Assembly: GCA_047285535.1 (NCBI GenBank)
Contig: JBJBDC010000001.1
Location: forward strand, 2,016,136 to 2,080,135
Reading direction: 5' to 3'
Length of the DNA: 64,000 nt
DNA from: Synechococcus sp.
Lineage (GTDB): Bacteria > Cyanobacteriota > Cyanobacteriia > PCC-6307 > Cyanobiaceae
In this document: positions 49,511 to 60,994 of the stretch, piece by piece
Numbering within the stretch: position 1 is the stretch's first letter
Layout: every line of letters begins with the position of its first letter
Program-made: the position numbers and the translations under genes
Notes under the pieces: model-generated
The model's input: only the letters and a program-made list of their open reading frames with translations
Told to the model about the DNA's origin: nothing
Databases searched by the model: none

Positions 49511-50884
49511 ATGGGTTGGGTCTTGAGTTTCGACCCCTCCGCTGTGCTCGCACCCGGCATGTTTCTGGCCCTGATTGTGGTCCTGCTCAGTGGATTCCCC
49601 GTGGCCTTCTGTCTCGGCGGCATCGGCGTGATCTTTGCGTTGCTGGGCATACTCAGCGGCGAAATCGAACCCCAATTCGCCACAGCTCTACCCCAACGAA
49701 TCCTGGGAATCATGAGCAACTTCACGTTGCTGGCCATTCCTGCCTTTGTCTTCATGGGATCGATGCTTGAAAGCTCAGGAATCGCCGAACGACTGCTCAA
49801 GAGTATGGGTCGCCTACTGGGACGAATTCGTGGTGGACTGGCCCTCGCCGTCGTGCTCGTTGGCTCACTCCTGGCAGCCACGACTGGGGTGGTCGCTGCG
49901 ACTGTCACCACGATGGGAATGATTTCCTTGCCCGCCATGCTGAAGGCTGGCTACGACAAAACCCTCGCCACAGGTGTGATTGTGGCGTCAGGAACCCTTG
50001 GACAGATCATCCCCCCAAGCATCGTGCTCGTCGTGCTTGGAGATCAGTTGGGAATCTCTGTGGGGGACCTGTTTATTGGCGCCATGATTCCTGGCCTGCT
50101 GATGGCAACAGTGTTCGCGATCTATGTACTGGTCGTTAGTGCCCTCAAACCCGAACTTGCTCCCCAGCTGGAGGAACAAGAGCGGGGTTCAAGCCGCCCG
50201 ATGCAACTGATCCAGTCGATGCTGCCGCCGCTGGCCTTGATCCTGATTGTGCTGGGAAGCATCTTTTTCGGGATCGCTACTCCCACAGAGGCAGGCGTCA
50301 TCGGAGCTGTCGGAGCAACCCTCCTGGCAGCACTGAATGGAGGCTTCAGCCGCAATCAGCTGTCCAGAGTGTGCGAAACAACGATGCGCACGACGGCCAT
50401 GGTGATGGCAATCCTTTTGGGATCAACGGCCTTCAGCCTTGTCTTTAGAGGAGTCGGCGGTGATCAGTTGATCGCCGACGTGCTCCTCAACCTCCCCGGT
50501 GGTCGCATCGGATTTCTGGTGTTCAGCATGCTGATCATCTTTGTGCTCGGCTTTTTTATTGATTTCTTCGAAATCGCTTTCATTGCCGTGCCATTACTGC
50601 TGCCAGCAGCACGACAACTGCTTGGCCCCGATGCACTGATCTGGTTCGGCGTGATGATCGGGGCCAATTTGCAGACGTCCTTTCTCACACCACCCTTCGG
50701 CTTCGCCCTCTTCTATCTTCGCGGGGTCGCCCCCAAAGAGGTGCGCACCCGCGACATCTATCGCGGAGCCCTGCCTTTTGTCGGCTTACAGGTGGCCGTC
50801 CTGGCTTTGATCATCAGCGTGCCTGGTCTCGTGGACTGGTTACCGCGCCTTGCAACCACACTCACACCAGGACCAGTGACCTGA
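49511..50884 (+). CDS. dctM: TRAP transporter large permease
   Basis: GFPVAF, LAIP.FVFMG, SGTLGQIIPPS, ATPTEA, SFLTPPFG. Confidence 0.95.
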   Translation: MGWVLSFDPSAVLAPGMFLALIVVLLSGFPVAFCLGGIGVIFALLGILSGEIEPQFATALPQRILGIMSNFTLLAIPAFVFMGSMLESSGIAERLLKSMGRLLGRIRGGLALAVVLVGSLLAATTGVVAATVTTMGMISLPAMLKAGYDKTLATGVIVASGTLGQIIPPSIVLVVLGDQLGISVGDLFIGAMIPGLLMATVFAIYVLVVSALKPELAPQLEEQERGSSRPMQLIQSMLPPLALILIVLGSIFFGIATPTEAGVIGAVGATLLAALNGGFSRNQLSRVCETTMRTTAMVMAILLGSTAFSLVFRGVGGDQLIADVLLNLPGGRIGFLVFSMLIIFVLGFFIDFFEIAFIAVPLLLPAARQLLGPDALIWFGVMIGANLQTSFLTPPFGFALFYLRGVAPKEVRTRDIYRGALPFVGLQVAVLALIISVPGLVDWLPRLATTLTPGPVT

Positions 50885-50920
50885 AGTTCTCCGTAGAGTT
50901 TGAATCAGCGTGTAACTGTT

Positions 50921-52696
50921 ATGGCCACCTCCAGCTTGAAGCCATCAGTGACTGCGGCAAGCACCAGTCCAAGGCTGTCGCTTCAATCAGAAGTGATTGC
51001 TGCAGACAGCAGCACAATCCGCTCCCTCGACTGGGAGCGAAGCCGTTTTGATATCGAATTCGGACTGCGCAACGGCACCACCTACAACGCGTTTCTGGTG
51101 CACGGTCAACGTACCGCCCTAATTGACAGCAGTCATGCAAAATTCCGCGACACCTGGCTGCCGCTCTTGCAGGAGCAAATCGATCCCAAACAGATCGATC
51201 ACCTCATCGTGAGTCACACCGAACCAGACCACTCAGGTCTGATTGGAGACCTGATTGATCTCAACCCTGAAATCGAGATCATCGGCTCCAAGGTGGCGAT
51301 TCAATTCCTGACAGACCAGGTGCACAGACCCTTCCGCTCCAGAGCCGTCAAAACAGGGGAAATTCTCGATCTTGGGATGAATCCCGAGAGCGGAGTGGAG
51401 CATCGCATTGAATTTTTAAGTGCACCGAATCTGCACTGGCCAGACACCATCTTCTCTTATGACCATGGCACCGGAATTCTGTACACCTGCGATGCCTTTG
51501 GGCTGCACTATTGCTCTGAGGAGTTATTCGATAGCGATCCCGGCGCGATCGCTCCGGATTTCCGTTTTTATTACGACTGCTTGATGGGGCCCAATGCCCG
51601 TAGCGTGATTCAGGCGCTCAAGCGTATGGATGGTCTGCCAGAGATCACCACCATCGCAGTAGGCCACGGCCCTTTGCTGCGTCATCACCTCAGCCATTGG
51701 ATCAGCGATTACCGCGAGTGGAGCGGACAACGCAATAAAGGGGAAAGTTATGCAGCCGTTTGCTATCTGAGCCAATACGGGTTCTGCGATCGCCTGAGCC
51801 AGGCCATCGCCCATGGCATCGGCAAAACTGAAGCGCAGGTGCAGCTCGTGGACCTAAGGGCCACCGATGCCCAAGAGCTCACGGCTCTGATTAGCGAAGC
51901 GAAAGCCGTTGTCGTTCCCACCTGGCCTACAGAAGCGGATGCGGAACTGCAAAGCAGCATTGGAACGCTACTTGCCGCTTTGAATAGCAAGCAGCTGGTA
52001 GGTGTTTACGACGCATTCGGCGGCAATGATGAGCCGATTGATTCCGTTGCCGGACAGCTGCGCAGCCAAGGCCAAAAGGAAGCCTTCCCACCTCTTCGCA
52101 TTCGCCAACTTCCGCAAGGTAGCGACTACCAGCGATGCGAAGAATCAGGCACCGACCTTGGCCAACTCCTAACGCGCGACAAAACGATCGCTGCCATGAA
52201 AAGCCTTGACGGCGATCTCGACAAAGCCCTGGGCCGTCTGAGTGGTGGGCTCTACGTCGTCACCGCCAGCCAAGGAGAAGGAGAAAGTTTGCGCCGTAGT
52301 GCCATGGTGGCGAGTTGGGTCAGCCAAGCCAGCTTCACCCCACCAGGCATCTCGGTTGCAGTCGCTAAAGACCGAGCGATCGAAGCCCTGATGCAAGTGG
52401 GAGATCGCTTTGTCTTGAACATCCTCCGAGCCGACAACCATCAACAATTACTCCGCCATTTCCTCAAACGGTTCCCACCCGGCGCAGATCGTTTCGCTGG
52501 AGTACACGTTCTGGAAGAGGAAGCTGAAGGCGGTCCCGTTCTGGGTGATGCCCTGGCGTACCTTGGTTGTCGGGTAGATCAACGCCTTGAGGGCCCCGAT
52601 CACTGGATCATCTATGCCGTGGTGGAGCAAGGGAATGTGGCTGATGCCAGCGCCATGACTGCCGTCCATCACCGGAAAGTTGGGAATCACTACTAA
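50921..52696 (+). CDS. flv3: Flavodiiron protein Flv3 (canonical diiron ligands)
   Basis: RFDIEFGLRNGTTYN, HTEPDH, LHWPD, TCDAFG.H, GHGP; flavodoxin and flavin-reductase domains. Confidence 0.9.
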   Translation: MATSSLKPSVTAASTSPRLSLQSEVIAADSSTIRSLDWERSRFDIEFGLRNGTTYNAFLVHGQRTALIDSSHAKFRDTWLPLLQEQIDPKQIDHLIVSHTEPDHSGLIGDLIDLNPEIEIIGSKVAIQFLTDQVHRPFRSRAVKTGEILDLGMNPESGVEHRIEFLSAPNLHWPDTIFSYDHGTGILYTCDAFGLHYCSEELFDSDPGAIAPDFRFYYDCLMGPNARSVIQALKRMDGLPEITTIAVGHGPLLRHHLSHWISDYREWSGQRNKGESYAAVCYLSQYGFCDRLSQAIAHGIGKTEAQVQLVDLRATDAQELTALISEAKAVVVPTWPTEADAELQSSIGTLLAALNSKQLVGVYDAFGGNDEPIDSVAGQLRSQGQKEAFPPLRIRQLPQGSDYQRCEESGTDLGQLLTRDKTIAAMKSLDGDLDKALGRLSGGLYVVTASQGEGESLRRSAMVASWVSQASFTPPGISVAVAKDRAIEALMQVGDRFVLNILRADNHQQLLRHFLKRFPPGADRFAGVHVLEEEAEGGPVLGDALAYLGCRVDQRLEGPDHWIIYAVVEQGNVADASAMTAVHHRKVGNHY

Positions 52697-54525
52697 TGGC
52701 AACATCCAATCAGACGTCGCCGGCGGCAATGACTCGCCAAGTGATCACTCTGCCCATTGATGACGGACTCACCTGCCTGAGGGGGCTGAGTCCTCAACGC
52801 CTGCGCTTCGAGCTGGAATACGCCCTTGAGCGAGGTAGTACCGCCAACAGTTTCCTGTTTGATGCCGGCGTTGATGGCGAAGGGCAACAACAGAGTGCCT
52901 TGCTTGTCCATCCCCCTGGGAAGGCGTATGACACGGCCTTTATCCCAGCTCTTTCCGCCCTGCTTCCTGACACCACTCATGCGCTACGAGTTGTTGTTGG
53001 CCACGTGAATCCCAACCGGGTAGCGCTGCTCCGCGAGCTTGCCAACCTTTATTCCGAGCTTGAATTGATTGCCTCGAATCCTGGCGCCAGGCTCCTAAAA
53101 GAACTCTGGACACAACGCAAGCCAACTGCCTCAGGGCAAGAAAGCGAACAGCCGCCGATTCCAGATCTGCCATCAATCCAGGTGATGCGCCATGGCCAAA
53201 CGTTGCCCCTCAGCCATGGGCACCGGCTTCAGCTTGTTCCCGCTCCCACACCCCGCTGGCCAGGTGGCCTGCTGGCCTTTGAAGAAACGCTTGGGTTGCT
53301 GATGAGCGGCAAACTCTTTTCAGCGCATATCTGCACCGATGACTGGGCAGAATCGGGTCGCAGTGCCACGGAAGAGGAAAGGCGCCATTTTTACGACTGC
53401 CTGATGGCACCCATGGCTAGCCAGGTGGATGCTCTTGTAGAGCGCTTAGAAGACCTGGACATCAGCACGGTGGCACCTGGCCACGGCCCTGCCATCGACA
53501 CCAGCTGGCGCAGTCTGTTTAATGACTACCGCCGCTGGGGGGAAAGCCAACAGCAAGCCAGCTTGTCCGTTGCACTGCTCTTCGCTAGTGCCTACGGCAA
53601 TACAGCCGCGATTGCTGATGCCTTAGCCCAGGGCGTCAGCCGTACAGGGGTGCGGATCACGAGCCTGAATTGTGAATTCACTCCTCCCGATGAACTGATC
53701 CACACGATCAAAGCGGCCGATGGCGTCTTGATCGGCTCACCCACTCTTGGCGGCCATGCACCCACCCCAATCGTTTCCGCCTTAGGAACCCTTCTTGCAG
53801 AAGGAGATCGCAGCAAACCCGTAGGCGTATTTGGCAGCTTTGGCTGGAGCGGTGAAGCCATCGATCTGCTGGAAAACAAGTTGCGCGATGGAGGATTTCG
53901 CTTCGCTTTTGAACCAATCCGGGTGAAGTTCAGCCCTGACGCAACCATGATTCGCACCCTGGAAGAAACGGGCACCCATTTCGGCCGCGAATTGCTTAAG
54001 GATCAACAAAAACAACAACGGCGCAGTGGCGGCGGTCTCAGTGAAAGTCGGAGTGATCCGGCCGTTTTGGCCCTCGGCCGAGTGGTGGGTTCTCTCTGTG
54101 TACTGACGGCGCGAAAAGGAGATCTCAGTGGTGCCATGATCGCGAGCTGGGTGACTCAAGCCAGTTTCACTCCTCCTGGTTTCACGGTGGCTGTCGCCAA
54201 AGATCGAGCTGTTGAAGCGTTAATGCATATCGGTGATCGCTTTGCTTTAAACGTCCTGGCCGAGGGCCGTAAAAGTGGACCGATGAAGCAATTCCTACAA
54301 CCATTTGAACCTGGAGCCGATCGCTTCGCGGGGCTCGAAATCAATGAAAGCCCCGGGGAACAGCCATTGCTACCCGATGCTTTGGCCTGGATGGAAGCAA
54401 CGGTGAAGCAAAGAATGGAATGCGGAGATCACTGGTTGATTTATGCCGAAGCCATCCATGGAGGCGTGCTCGATTCTGATGGTGAAACAGCAGTGCATCA
54501 GCGCCGCAGTGGTGCTAATTACTAG
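52696..54525 (+). CDS. flv1: Flavodiiron protein Flv1 (non-canonical ligands)
   Basis: RFELEYALERGSTAN, GHVNPNR, PRWPG, ASAYGNT, GSFGWSGEA; flavin-reductase C-terminus. Confidence 0.9.
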   Translation: MATSNQTSPAAMTRQVITLPIDDGLTCLRGLSPQRLRFELEYALERGSTANSFLFDAGVDGEGQQQSALLVHPPGKAYDTAFIPALSALLPDTTHALRVVVGHVNPNRVALLRELANLYSELELIASNPGARLLKELWTQRKPTASGQESEQPPIPDLPSIQVMRHGQTLPLSHGHRLQLVPAPTPRWPGGLLAFEETLGLLMSGKLFSAHICTDDWAESGRSATEEERRHFYDCLMAPMASQVDALVERLEDLDISTVAPGHGPAIDTSWRSLFNDYRRWGESQQQASLSVALLFASAYGNTAAIADALAQGVSRTGVRITSLNCEFTPPDELIHTIKAADGVLIGSPTLGGHAPTPIVSALGTLLAEGDRSKPVGVFGSFGWSGEAIDLLENKLRDGGFRFAFEPIRVKFSPDATMIRTLEETGTHFGRELLKDQQKQQRRSGGGLSESRSDPAVLALGRVVGSLCVLTARKGDLSGAMIASWVTQASFTPPGFTVAVAKDRAVEALMHIGDRFALNVLAEGRKSGPMKQFLQPFEPGADRFAGLEINESPGEQPLLPDALAWMEATVKQRMECGDHWLIYAEAIHGGVLDSDGETAVHQRRSGANY

Positions 54526-54599
54526 CGAACGTAGCGATCAAACCCATCGCCTCAAGCACTGACTCATAGCAACTACAAGCCAGCCTTAGTATCAAATGA

Positions 54600-55328
54600 T
54601 TGATTAATCAACTGTTGGATCTCTCCAATCCTTCCACCCTGGCCAACCTTGAAGCTGCCTTTGGCGGCGAAAGCATGGCCAATCGCAAGTACTTGTTCTT
54701 TGCCGATGTAGCCAAAAAACTCGGTCGCACCGATCTCGCCAAACTCTTTCGCGACACCGCCGCCCAAGAAACAGAGCATGCTTTTGCTCACTTCCGCCTG
54801 TTGCATCCAGAGCTCGTGGTCCAGGACCCCAGTGCCCTCAGCGACGACGAAAAAGAGGCCATACTCACCCGCTGCCTTGAGCTGGCCATCGAAGGCGAAA
54901 CTTACGAATACACCACCATGTATCCGGAGTTTGCTGAGCAAGCCCGCAACGATCGCGATCAGGGAGCTGAAGCGGAGTTTGTCGAACAGACCAGCGAATC
55001 CAAGGAACACGCTGAAACCTTTAAAACAGCTGCGAAGAACTTCGGCCTGCTCACTCCCATCGAAGAGCACCATGCCAAATCGTATGGCGTTGCCCTTGAA
55101 GCACTGCAAGGCAAAGGCCAAGCGGGACAGGCCGATGAGCCGGTACCGGGCCAATGGATCTGCAAAGTGTGCTCCATGATTTACGACCCTGCAGAGGGTG
55201 ATCCAGACTCCGGAATTGAGCCCGGCACACCTTTTGAAGCGATTCCAGATGATTGGTCTTGCCCCATTTGCGGTGTTCGCAAAGCCAGCTTCGTGCCCTA
55301 TCGGGAGGCGGAATTGAAGTCCGCCTGA
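54600..55328 (+). CDS. Rubrerythrin with C-terminal rubredoxin domain
   Basis: [36 protein letters not shown]...YDP...PDDWSCPIC. Confidence 0.93.
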   Translation: MINQLLDLSNPSTLANLEAAFGGESMANRKYLFFADVAKKLGRTDLAKLFRDTAAQETEHAFAHFRLLHPELVVQDPSALSDDEKEAILTRCLELAIEGETYEYTTMYPEFAEQARNDRDQGAEAEFVEQTSESKEHAETFKTAAKNFGLLTPIEEHHAKSYGVALEALQGKGQAGQADEPVPGQWICKVCSMIYDPAEGDPDSGIEPGTPFEAIPDDWSCPICGVRKASFVPYREAELKSA

Positions 55329-55470
55329 CGCTCGCCCCAGGGGTTCAGATCATCCAAAACTGGCCACAACTCAAGGCCGAAGTCCGTCAAGGCATCGTCC
55401 ACCCGTGGCAGCCAGGCCCTGAATTCGAAGACGTCAGCCAAAATTCAGCGTAAATAGTGGACATTCTGGG

Positions 55471-55995
55471 ATGAATACAGCAAACACGAGCGATGTGCTG
55501 GTGATCACCGCAAGCAACGGCGAAAACCTCAAGCTGGCCCAGCGCTTCGTTGAGACGGCAGAGGTCCTGGGCCAATCAGCCGATCTGCTCGATCTCACGA
55601 CCATCGACCTGCCCTTGTTCACTCCCAGAGCTCAAACGCAAGGAACACCTCAGGCGATTGCCCCACTCGAGACACAACTGATGGCCTTTACCCGCTGGGT
55701 GATCTGCGCTCCGGAATACAACGGCTCGATTCCACCCTGCCTCACGAATGCCATCGCCTGGTTATCGGTGCAGGGGGATGACTTCCGGGCTCTCTTCAAC
55801 GGCCGGCCCATCGCAATCGCCACCTTCTCAGGTGGAGGTGGTATGGAACTCCTGCTGTCATTACGCATCCAGCTCACCCATCTAGGGGCCGAAGTGGTGG
55901 GTCGTCAATTGCTGAGCAATTACGCAAAACCAGCCAAAGACGAGAGCATCCAAGACCTCTTGAAACGTCTGGGACAAAAGCAACCGCTCTCATGA
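55471..55995 (+). CDS. NADPH-dependent FMN reductase
   Basis: APEYNGSIPP.L.NAI.W; flavodoxin-like. Confidence 0.88.
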   Translation: MNTANTSDVLVITASNGENLKLAQRFVETAEVLGQSADLLDLTTIDLPLFTPRAQTQGTPQAIAPLETQLMAFTRWVICAPEYNGSIPPCLTNAIAWLSVQGDDFRALFNGRPIAIATFSGGGGMELLLSLRIQLTHLGAEVVGRQLLSNYAKPAKDESIQDLLKRLGQKQPLS

Positions 55996-56759
55996 CGACA
56001 CCCCTACACCATCAGTCGCTGGTGTTCCGACCCTCCAAAGAACGCTTCCACAGCGTCAATGACTGGCTTGATTCTTGGCACAGCTTTTCATTCGCAGGTC
56101 ATCACCATCCCGAGTGGATGGGATTCGGGCCTCTGCGCGTCATCAATGACGACACGATTGCGGCAGGTCGAGGATTTGGGATGCATTCCCATCGCGACAT
56201 GGAGATCATCACGGTGATGATCGAGGGAGAACTCCAACACCAGGATTCGGCCGGAAACAACCGCGTCATCCAGGCTGGAGATGTGCAACGCATGAGCGCC
56301 GGAACTGGAATCATGCACAGTGAAACGAATGAGAGCTCGCAAGCCTGCCGATTGCTCCAGATCTGGATCGACCCCAGCCACCCAGGACTAGAGCCTGCCT
56401 ATGAGCAACGAAGGATTGCCTTAACCGAACAACACTGGATCCCAGTGCTCGATCCAAATGACCGCGCAGCCATGGCGATTGCTCGACCGATTCAGCTCTG
56501 GCGCCTAAGGCTTCCACAAGGCGAAAGCATTCAACTGCCAGACCTCGACTATCCACAGGCCTGGATTCAGATGATCAACGGAAACATCACCCTCACAAAC
56601 GCCACCACATCGTCAAGCTGGGATCTTGACCGAGGCGATGGTGTTGGATTCCATCCCAGACAATCCAAGCGAAGCAAATCCAACCCAATCGCATCGGATG
56701 TCAAAAGCATCTCCAGCCGAAGCGATCAGACCGATTTACTGCTCTTTGCGTTGAGCTAA
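55992..56759 (+). CDS. Pirin family protein
   Basis: HSFSFA...FGPLRVINDD...GFGMHSHRDMEI...MSAGTGIMHSE...LLQIWI. Confidence 0.95.
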   Translation: MTTPLHHQSLVFRPSKERFHSVNDWLDSWHSFSFAGHHHPEWMGFGPLRVINDDTIAAGRGFGMHSHRDMEIITVMIEGELQHQDSAGNNRVIQAGDVQRMSAGTGIMHSETNESSQACRLLQIWIDPSHPGLEPAYEQRRIALTEQHWIPVLDPNDRAAMAIARPIQLWRLRLPQGESIQLPDLDYPQAWIQMINGNITLTNATTSSSWDLDRGDGVGFHPRQSKRSKSNPIASDVKSISSRSDQTDLLLFALS

Positions 56760-56990
56760 GTAGTGACTGGCATGAATTGGACAGCTAAACAGCAAACTAG
56801 TTTTGTATAAAAAGACACAGAAACTCAGCTGGTTTTAATCATGGTCACAGGAAATAGCCGAGCCAAACAGTTGAAAAAGTTGAAATACTAACAATCAAAA
56901 GAATAAATCTAAAGAAAATAAATAACTCACGCCAGCATGATCGTTTTCGGTCTGAACTAGTCCCGTATCGCCCCGCTGACCCCCATCACC

Positions 56991-57206
56991 ATGGGATTTC
57001 TTGGCAAACCACAATTCGCAGTTCGTTACCGCGGATTCATTCTTTTGCAACAACCGAATGAAAGTTGGCTTGTGCGACCCGAACGGAGCCCCATGCAACT
57101 TCTTCCTTTTAGAACAGACATCTGCTCGATAGAAGATGTGAAAATCTTGGTGGACCTAAAACTAAAAAGCAATCAATCCAATCCCTCTCTGAAATCGGCT
57201 GCCTAA
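56991..57206 (+). CDS. Small hypothetical protein
   Basis: 71-aa ORF (YRGFILLQQ...WLVRPERSPM.LLPFRT) filling the intergenic space. Confidence 0.65.
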   Translation: MGFLGKPQFAVRYRGFILLQQPNESWLVRPERSPMQLLPFRTDICSIEDVKILVDLKLKSNQSNPSLKSAA

Positions 57207-57215
57207 GAAGGTTGA

Positions 57216-57488
57216 TCAGGCAGCTTGAGGAGGAGGCGTAGGGGACCCTTGTGGCTGCAATGGCAACACCAATGTTGCCCAACGCTCTGGCCGCTGGGGC
57301 CGCTCTCTACGGGCATGCCTTACTCCAAAGGGAACTCGCACAACATTGGTGCCTTCAATAGAGAGAGTGTGCCCTCGACCCAACGCGGCCTGCAGGCATT
57401 CAGGAATCTCAGGCAACTGAAGCGAATCGGCTTTAGCAGCGAGCGACGAGGTGCCTTGACCGTAGTTGGTTGAAATGTTGCTGCTCAT
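57216..57488 (-). CDS. Small hypothetical protein
   Basis: GGAGG Shine-Dalgarno before the ATG at 57488; ends PTPPPQAA. Confidence 0.7.
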   Translation of the reverse strand: MSSNISTNYGQGTSSLAAKADSLQLPEIPECLQAALGRGHTLSIEGTNVVRVPFGVRHARRERPQRPERWATLVLPLQPQGSPTPPPQAA

Positions 57489-57583
57489 GTTGCCTCCAAA
57501 AGACGGAGCAATTGCCGAACAGTGTGCAAACATGTCAGCAAGCGTGTGTGAAATCGAAACTTTTTTTTCCGATTTCAGTGAAT

Positions 57584-60520
57584 TTACCGCATTAATTCAG
57601 GTTCGGCCATCTCTTCAACGCTCGGACAGGTACAAACCAAATTTCGGTCCCCAAATGCATTGTCAATGCGAGCCACTGAGGGCCAAAACTTGTTTTGGCG
57701 CTGATCGGACAGTGGGAATGCTGCCTGCTGCCGGCTATAGGGACGATCCCAACTCTCAGCTGTCACTGCGGCGAGTGTGTGCGGTGCTCGGCGCAAAGGG
57801 TTGTTCTCCCGATCACTGGAGCCGTTTTCGATTGCAGCCGCTTCGGCGCGAATCGCGATCATCGCATCACAGAAACGATCAAGTTCCTCCAAGCTCTCAC
57901 TTTCGGTGGGTTCCACCATCACCGTGCCAGCAACTGGCCAACTCACAGTGGGCGCATGAAAACCAAAGTCCATCAAGCGCTTCGCCAGATCATCCACTTC
58001 CAATCCGGCCGTTCGCTTGAGGCCACGCAGATCAAGGATGCATTCATGGGCGACCAGACCACTCTCTCCACGAAAAAGCACCGGATAGTGCGCATCCAAG
58101 CGACTCGCCAGGTAATTCGCAGACAGCAGGGAAACTGCAGTGGCCTGACGCAGACCAAACGGCCCCATCAAACGCAAATACATCCAGCTGATTGGCAAGA
58201 TGCCTGCACTACCCCAAGGAGCCGCAGACACCGCATGAATCGCCTGCTCTCCACCACAAGCCATCAAGGGATGGCCTGGCAAGAAAGGCAGAAGATGAGA
58301 AGCAACCCCGATCGGACCCACTCCGGGTCCACCGCCCCCATGAGGAATGCAAAAGGTCTTGTGCAAATTGAGGTGACAGACATCAGCGCCATAGGCACCT
58401 GGTCGGCATAGCCCGACCTGCGCATTCAAATTGGCGCCGTCGAGATAAACCTGGCCCCCGTGCTCATGCACAAGCGCACAGATCTCACGGATGCAAGGTT
58501 CGAACACCCCGTGAGTTGAGGGGTAGGTGACCATCAACGCCGCTAAGGATGCGTTGTACTGCTCCGCCTTGGAACGCAAATCGCCCACATCCACATTGCC
58601 TTCGTCGTCACAGGCCACCGGCACCACACGCATACCTGCCATGACTGCGCTGGCTGGATTGGTGCCATGTGCACTTGTGGGGATGAGGCAAACATCACGA
58701 TTGCCCTCACCGCGGGAACAATGCCACGCACGAATCACGAGCAGCCCTGCGTATTCACCTTGAGATCCAGCATTGGGCTGCAAAGACACGCCAGCAAAAC
58801 CAGTCAAAGCAGCAAGCCTGGTTGCTAGGTCCTGAACCATCCGCTGAGAACCCTGCTGCTGCTCAAGGGGAGCAAAGGGATGCATCGCCGCAAACTCGCG
58901 CCAGCTCACAGGAACAAGTTCAGCAGCAGCATTGAGCTTCATCGTGCAGCTGCCCAGCGGAATCATGCCGTGCACCAAGGAAAGGTCCTTGTTCACCAAT
59001 CGCTGGATGTAGCGCATCAGCTCCGTTTCACTGCGATAGCGGTGAAACACGGACTGCTGGAGCCAGGGGGTTTGGCGGCAAGGAACGCCGTTCAGAGACC
59101 CATCTGAGCTCAGCTCGCCTAAATCGTCTGGAACAGCAGCCCCGATCGCTTGAGCCAAGACCGACAGAAGTCGGGTGATCTCCTCGGAATCCGAGTGTTC
59201 ATCAAGACTGATCCCAAATCCCTGAGACGACTCCACTGTTGCCCCATCAGGAAGCACGCGCAAATTGAAGCCTTCTAGCGCCGCGAGGCGATGGACCTCC
59301 GGTGCCATCGATCCATACACATCAAAACTGTCAAACCGAGGGGTCGGCTCAACGGCGTAGCCCAACTGACGCATAGCCCGTTCGAGCTTGAGGCGAAGAC
59401 CCACGAGTTTGTGGGCCATCTTCTCCAAACCCTCAGGACCATGGTGAATGGCATAAAACGAGGCCATCACCGCAAGCAGCACTTGAGCCGTACAGATATT
59501 GCTGGTGGCTTTGTCGCGTCGGATGTGCTGCTCGCGGGTCTGCAACGCCAACCGAAACGCTGGCTGGCCATCAGCATCGCGAGACTGACCCACGATCCGA
59601 CCAGGCACTTGGCGGCGGAATGCATCGCGGGTCGCAAAAAAAGCGGCATGGGGCCCTCCTCCACCCATCGGCACGCCAAAGCGCTGTGTGCTGCCCACAG
59701 CAATATCGGCACCAAGCTCCCCAACAGGAGCCAGCAACACCTGGGCGAGAGGATCCACCGCTACGGTCACAAGAGCTCCACTGTCATGAGCAGCAGCGAT
59801 GCAGGCAGATGGATCCCAAAGCCGTCCGCAACGACCTGGCAATTGGAGCAGAACACCAAAGACATCGTCACCCCAGCGGAAGACATCAGGCTCCTCAACT
59901 TCAAGTTCAACGCCGATTGGCTCCGCCCTGGTTTGCAGCACAGCCAGGGTCTGAGGCAACACGGCCGCATCCACCAGAAAGCGCTTTGCCTGCGGCCTCC
60001 GACTGACCGCCAAGCTCAGGCCCATCGCTTCAGCCGCTGCGGTGCCCTCATCCAAAAGGGATGCATTGGCGATCGGCAAACCGGTGAGCTCACTAATCAG
60101 GGTCTGAAAATTGAATAGGGCTTCCAGGCGCCCCTGAGCAATCTCCGCTTGATAAGGGGTATAGGCCGTATACCACGAGGGATTTTCCAGCACCTGACGC
60201 TGAATCACTGCTGGCGTCAACGTGTCGTAATAGCCAAGGCCAATGAGTGACCGTTTGACCTCATTGGCCTCTGCAATACCACGCAATTCAGCGAGGGCAC
60301 TGGCCTCGGTACAACCACGGGGCAGGTCCTCTACAGGCGGCAGCTGATCAAAAATATTCGCCGGAACAACGGACCGCAGAAAAGCATCCATATCAGTGAA
60401 GCCCAAAGCATCAAGCATTCGTTGCTGTGCCTGATCTCCAGGACCGATATGCCGACTGATGAATGGGGACAGTGGCTCCGCCAACGACGCAGCAGAGACA
60501 CACTGTTCAAGCAAGGTCAA
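57584..60520 (-). CDS. gcvP: Glycine dehydrogenase (decarboxylating), glycine cleavage P protein
   Basis: [66 protein letters not shown]. Confidence 0.99.
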   Translation of the reverse strand: MTLLEQCVSAASLAEPLSPFISRHIGPGDQAQQRMLDALGFTDMDAFLRSVVPANIFDQLPPVEDLPRGCTEASALAELRGIAEANEVKRSLIGLGYYDTLTPAVIQRQVLENPSWYTAYTPYQAEIAQGRLEALFNFQTLISELTGLPIANASLLDEGTAAAEAMGLSLAVSRRPQAKRFLVDAAVLPQTLAVLQTRAEPIGVELEVEEPDVFRWGDDVFGVLLQLPGRCGRLWDPSACIAAAHDSGALVTVAVDPLAQVLLAPVGELGADIAVGSTQRFGVPMGGGGPHAAFFATRDAFRRQVPGRIVGQSRDADGQPAFRLALQTREQHIRRDKATSNICTAQVLLAVMASFYAIHHGPEGLEKMAHKLVGLRLKLERAMRQLGYAVEPTPRFDSFDVYGSMAPEVHRLAALEGFNLRVLPDGATVESSQGFGISLDEHSDSEEITRLLSVLAQAIGAAVPDDLGELSSDGSLNGVPCRQTPWLQQSVFHRYRSETELMRYIQRLVNKDLSLVHGMIPLGSCTMKLNAAAELVPVSWREFAAMHPFAPLEQQQGSQRMVQDLATRLAALTGFAGVSLQPNAGSQGEYAGLLVIRAWHCSRGEGNRDVCLIPTSAHGTNPASAVMAGMRVVPVACDDEGNVDVGDLRSKAEQYNASLAALMVTYPSTHGVFEPCIREICALVHEHGGQVYLDGANLNAQVGLCRPGAYGADVCHLNLHKTFCIPHGGGGPGVGPIGVASHLLPFLPGHPLMACGGEQAIHAVSAAPWGSAGILPISWMYLRLMGPFGLRQATAVSLLSANYLASRLDAHYPVLFRGESGLVAHECILDLRGLKRTAGLEVDDLAKRLMDFGFHAPTVSWPVAGTVMVEPTESESLEELDRFCDAMIAIRAEAAAIENGSSDRENNPLRRAPHTLAAVTAESWDRPYSRQQAAFPLSDQRQNKFWPSVARIDNAFGDRNLVCTCPSVEEMAEPELMR

Positions 60521-60587
60521 AGAGCCGGTTGCGGTGACGGTGACTGTAAGGAAGTCTCCGTTGCAGTGACGACCTTGAACTCTCCGA

Positions 60588-60977
60588 TTAAGCGGCTGCC
60601 ACTTTGGCGGAGTAGGTGACGGAATCCATCAACTCATCGATCTGAGCCGGCTCTGCAGGGCGAACGACCAGAAGCCAACCCTCTCCATGAGGATCATTTT
60701 GAAGCTCTTCTGGATTGGCCAGCACGGCCTCATTCCTTTGCAGGACTTCACCCGTGATGGGTGCATACATCTCCTCAACAGCCTTCACCGATTCCACGGT
60801 TCCAAAGCTGTTTCCTCGATTGAGCCCAGAGCCCACCTCAGGCAGATCCACGAACACAATGTCTCCGAGCTGATCCACGGCATAGGCACTGAGGCCAACC
60901 CGCACAATCCCAGTCTCTTGCCGAACATATTCGTGACTGTCGGCGAACCGAAACTGGTCGGGAAAGTCGAAGGCCAT
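60588..60977 (-). CDS. gcvH: Glycine cleavage H protein
   Basis: SHEYV...LGDIVFV...VESVKA (lipoyl Lys)...DPHGEGWL. Confidence 0.98.
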   Translation of the reverse strand: MAFDFPDQFRFADSHEYVRQETGIVRVGLSAYAVDQLGDIVFVDLPEVGSGLNRGNSFGTVESVKAVEEMYAPITGEVLQRNEAVLANPEELQNDPHGEGWLLVVRPAEPAQIDELMDSVTYSAKVAAA

Positions 60978-60994
60978 CGGGCCAGCACATGCGG

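Noticed and set aside
57695..60118. Long plus-strand ORFs (238 aa, 275 aa) opposite gcvP, and similar ones opposite alaS and gatB
   Set aside because: Typical antisense shadows of GC-rich core genes with no motifs
60521..60587. Glycine riboswitch at gcvH/gcvP
   Set aside because: The intergenic regions are too short and lack aptamer motifs
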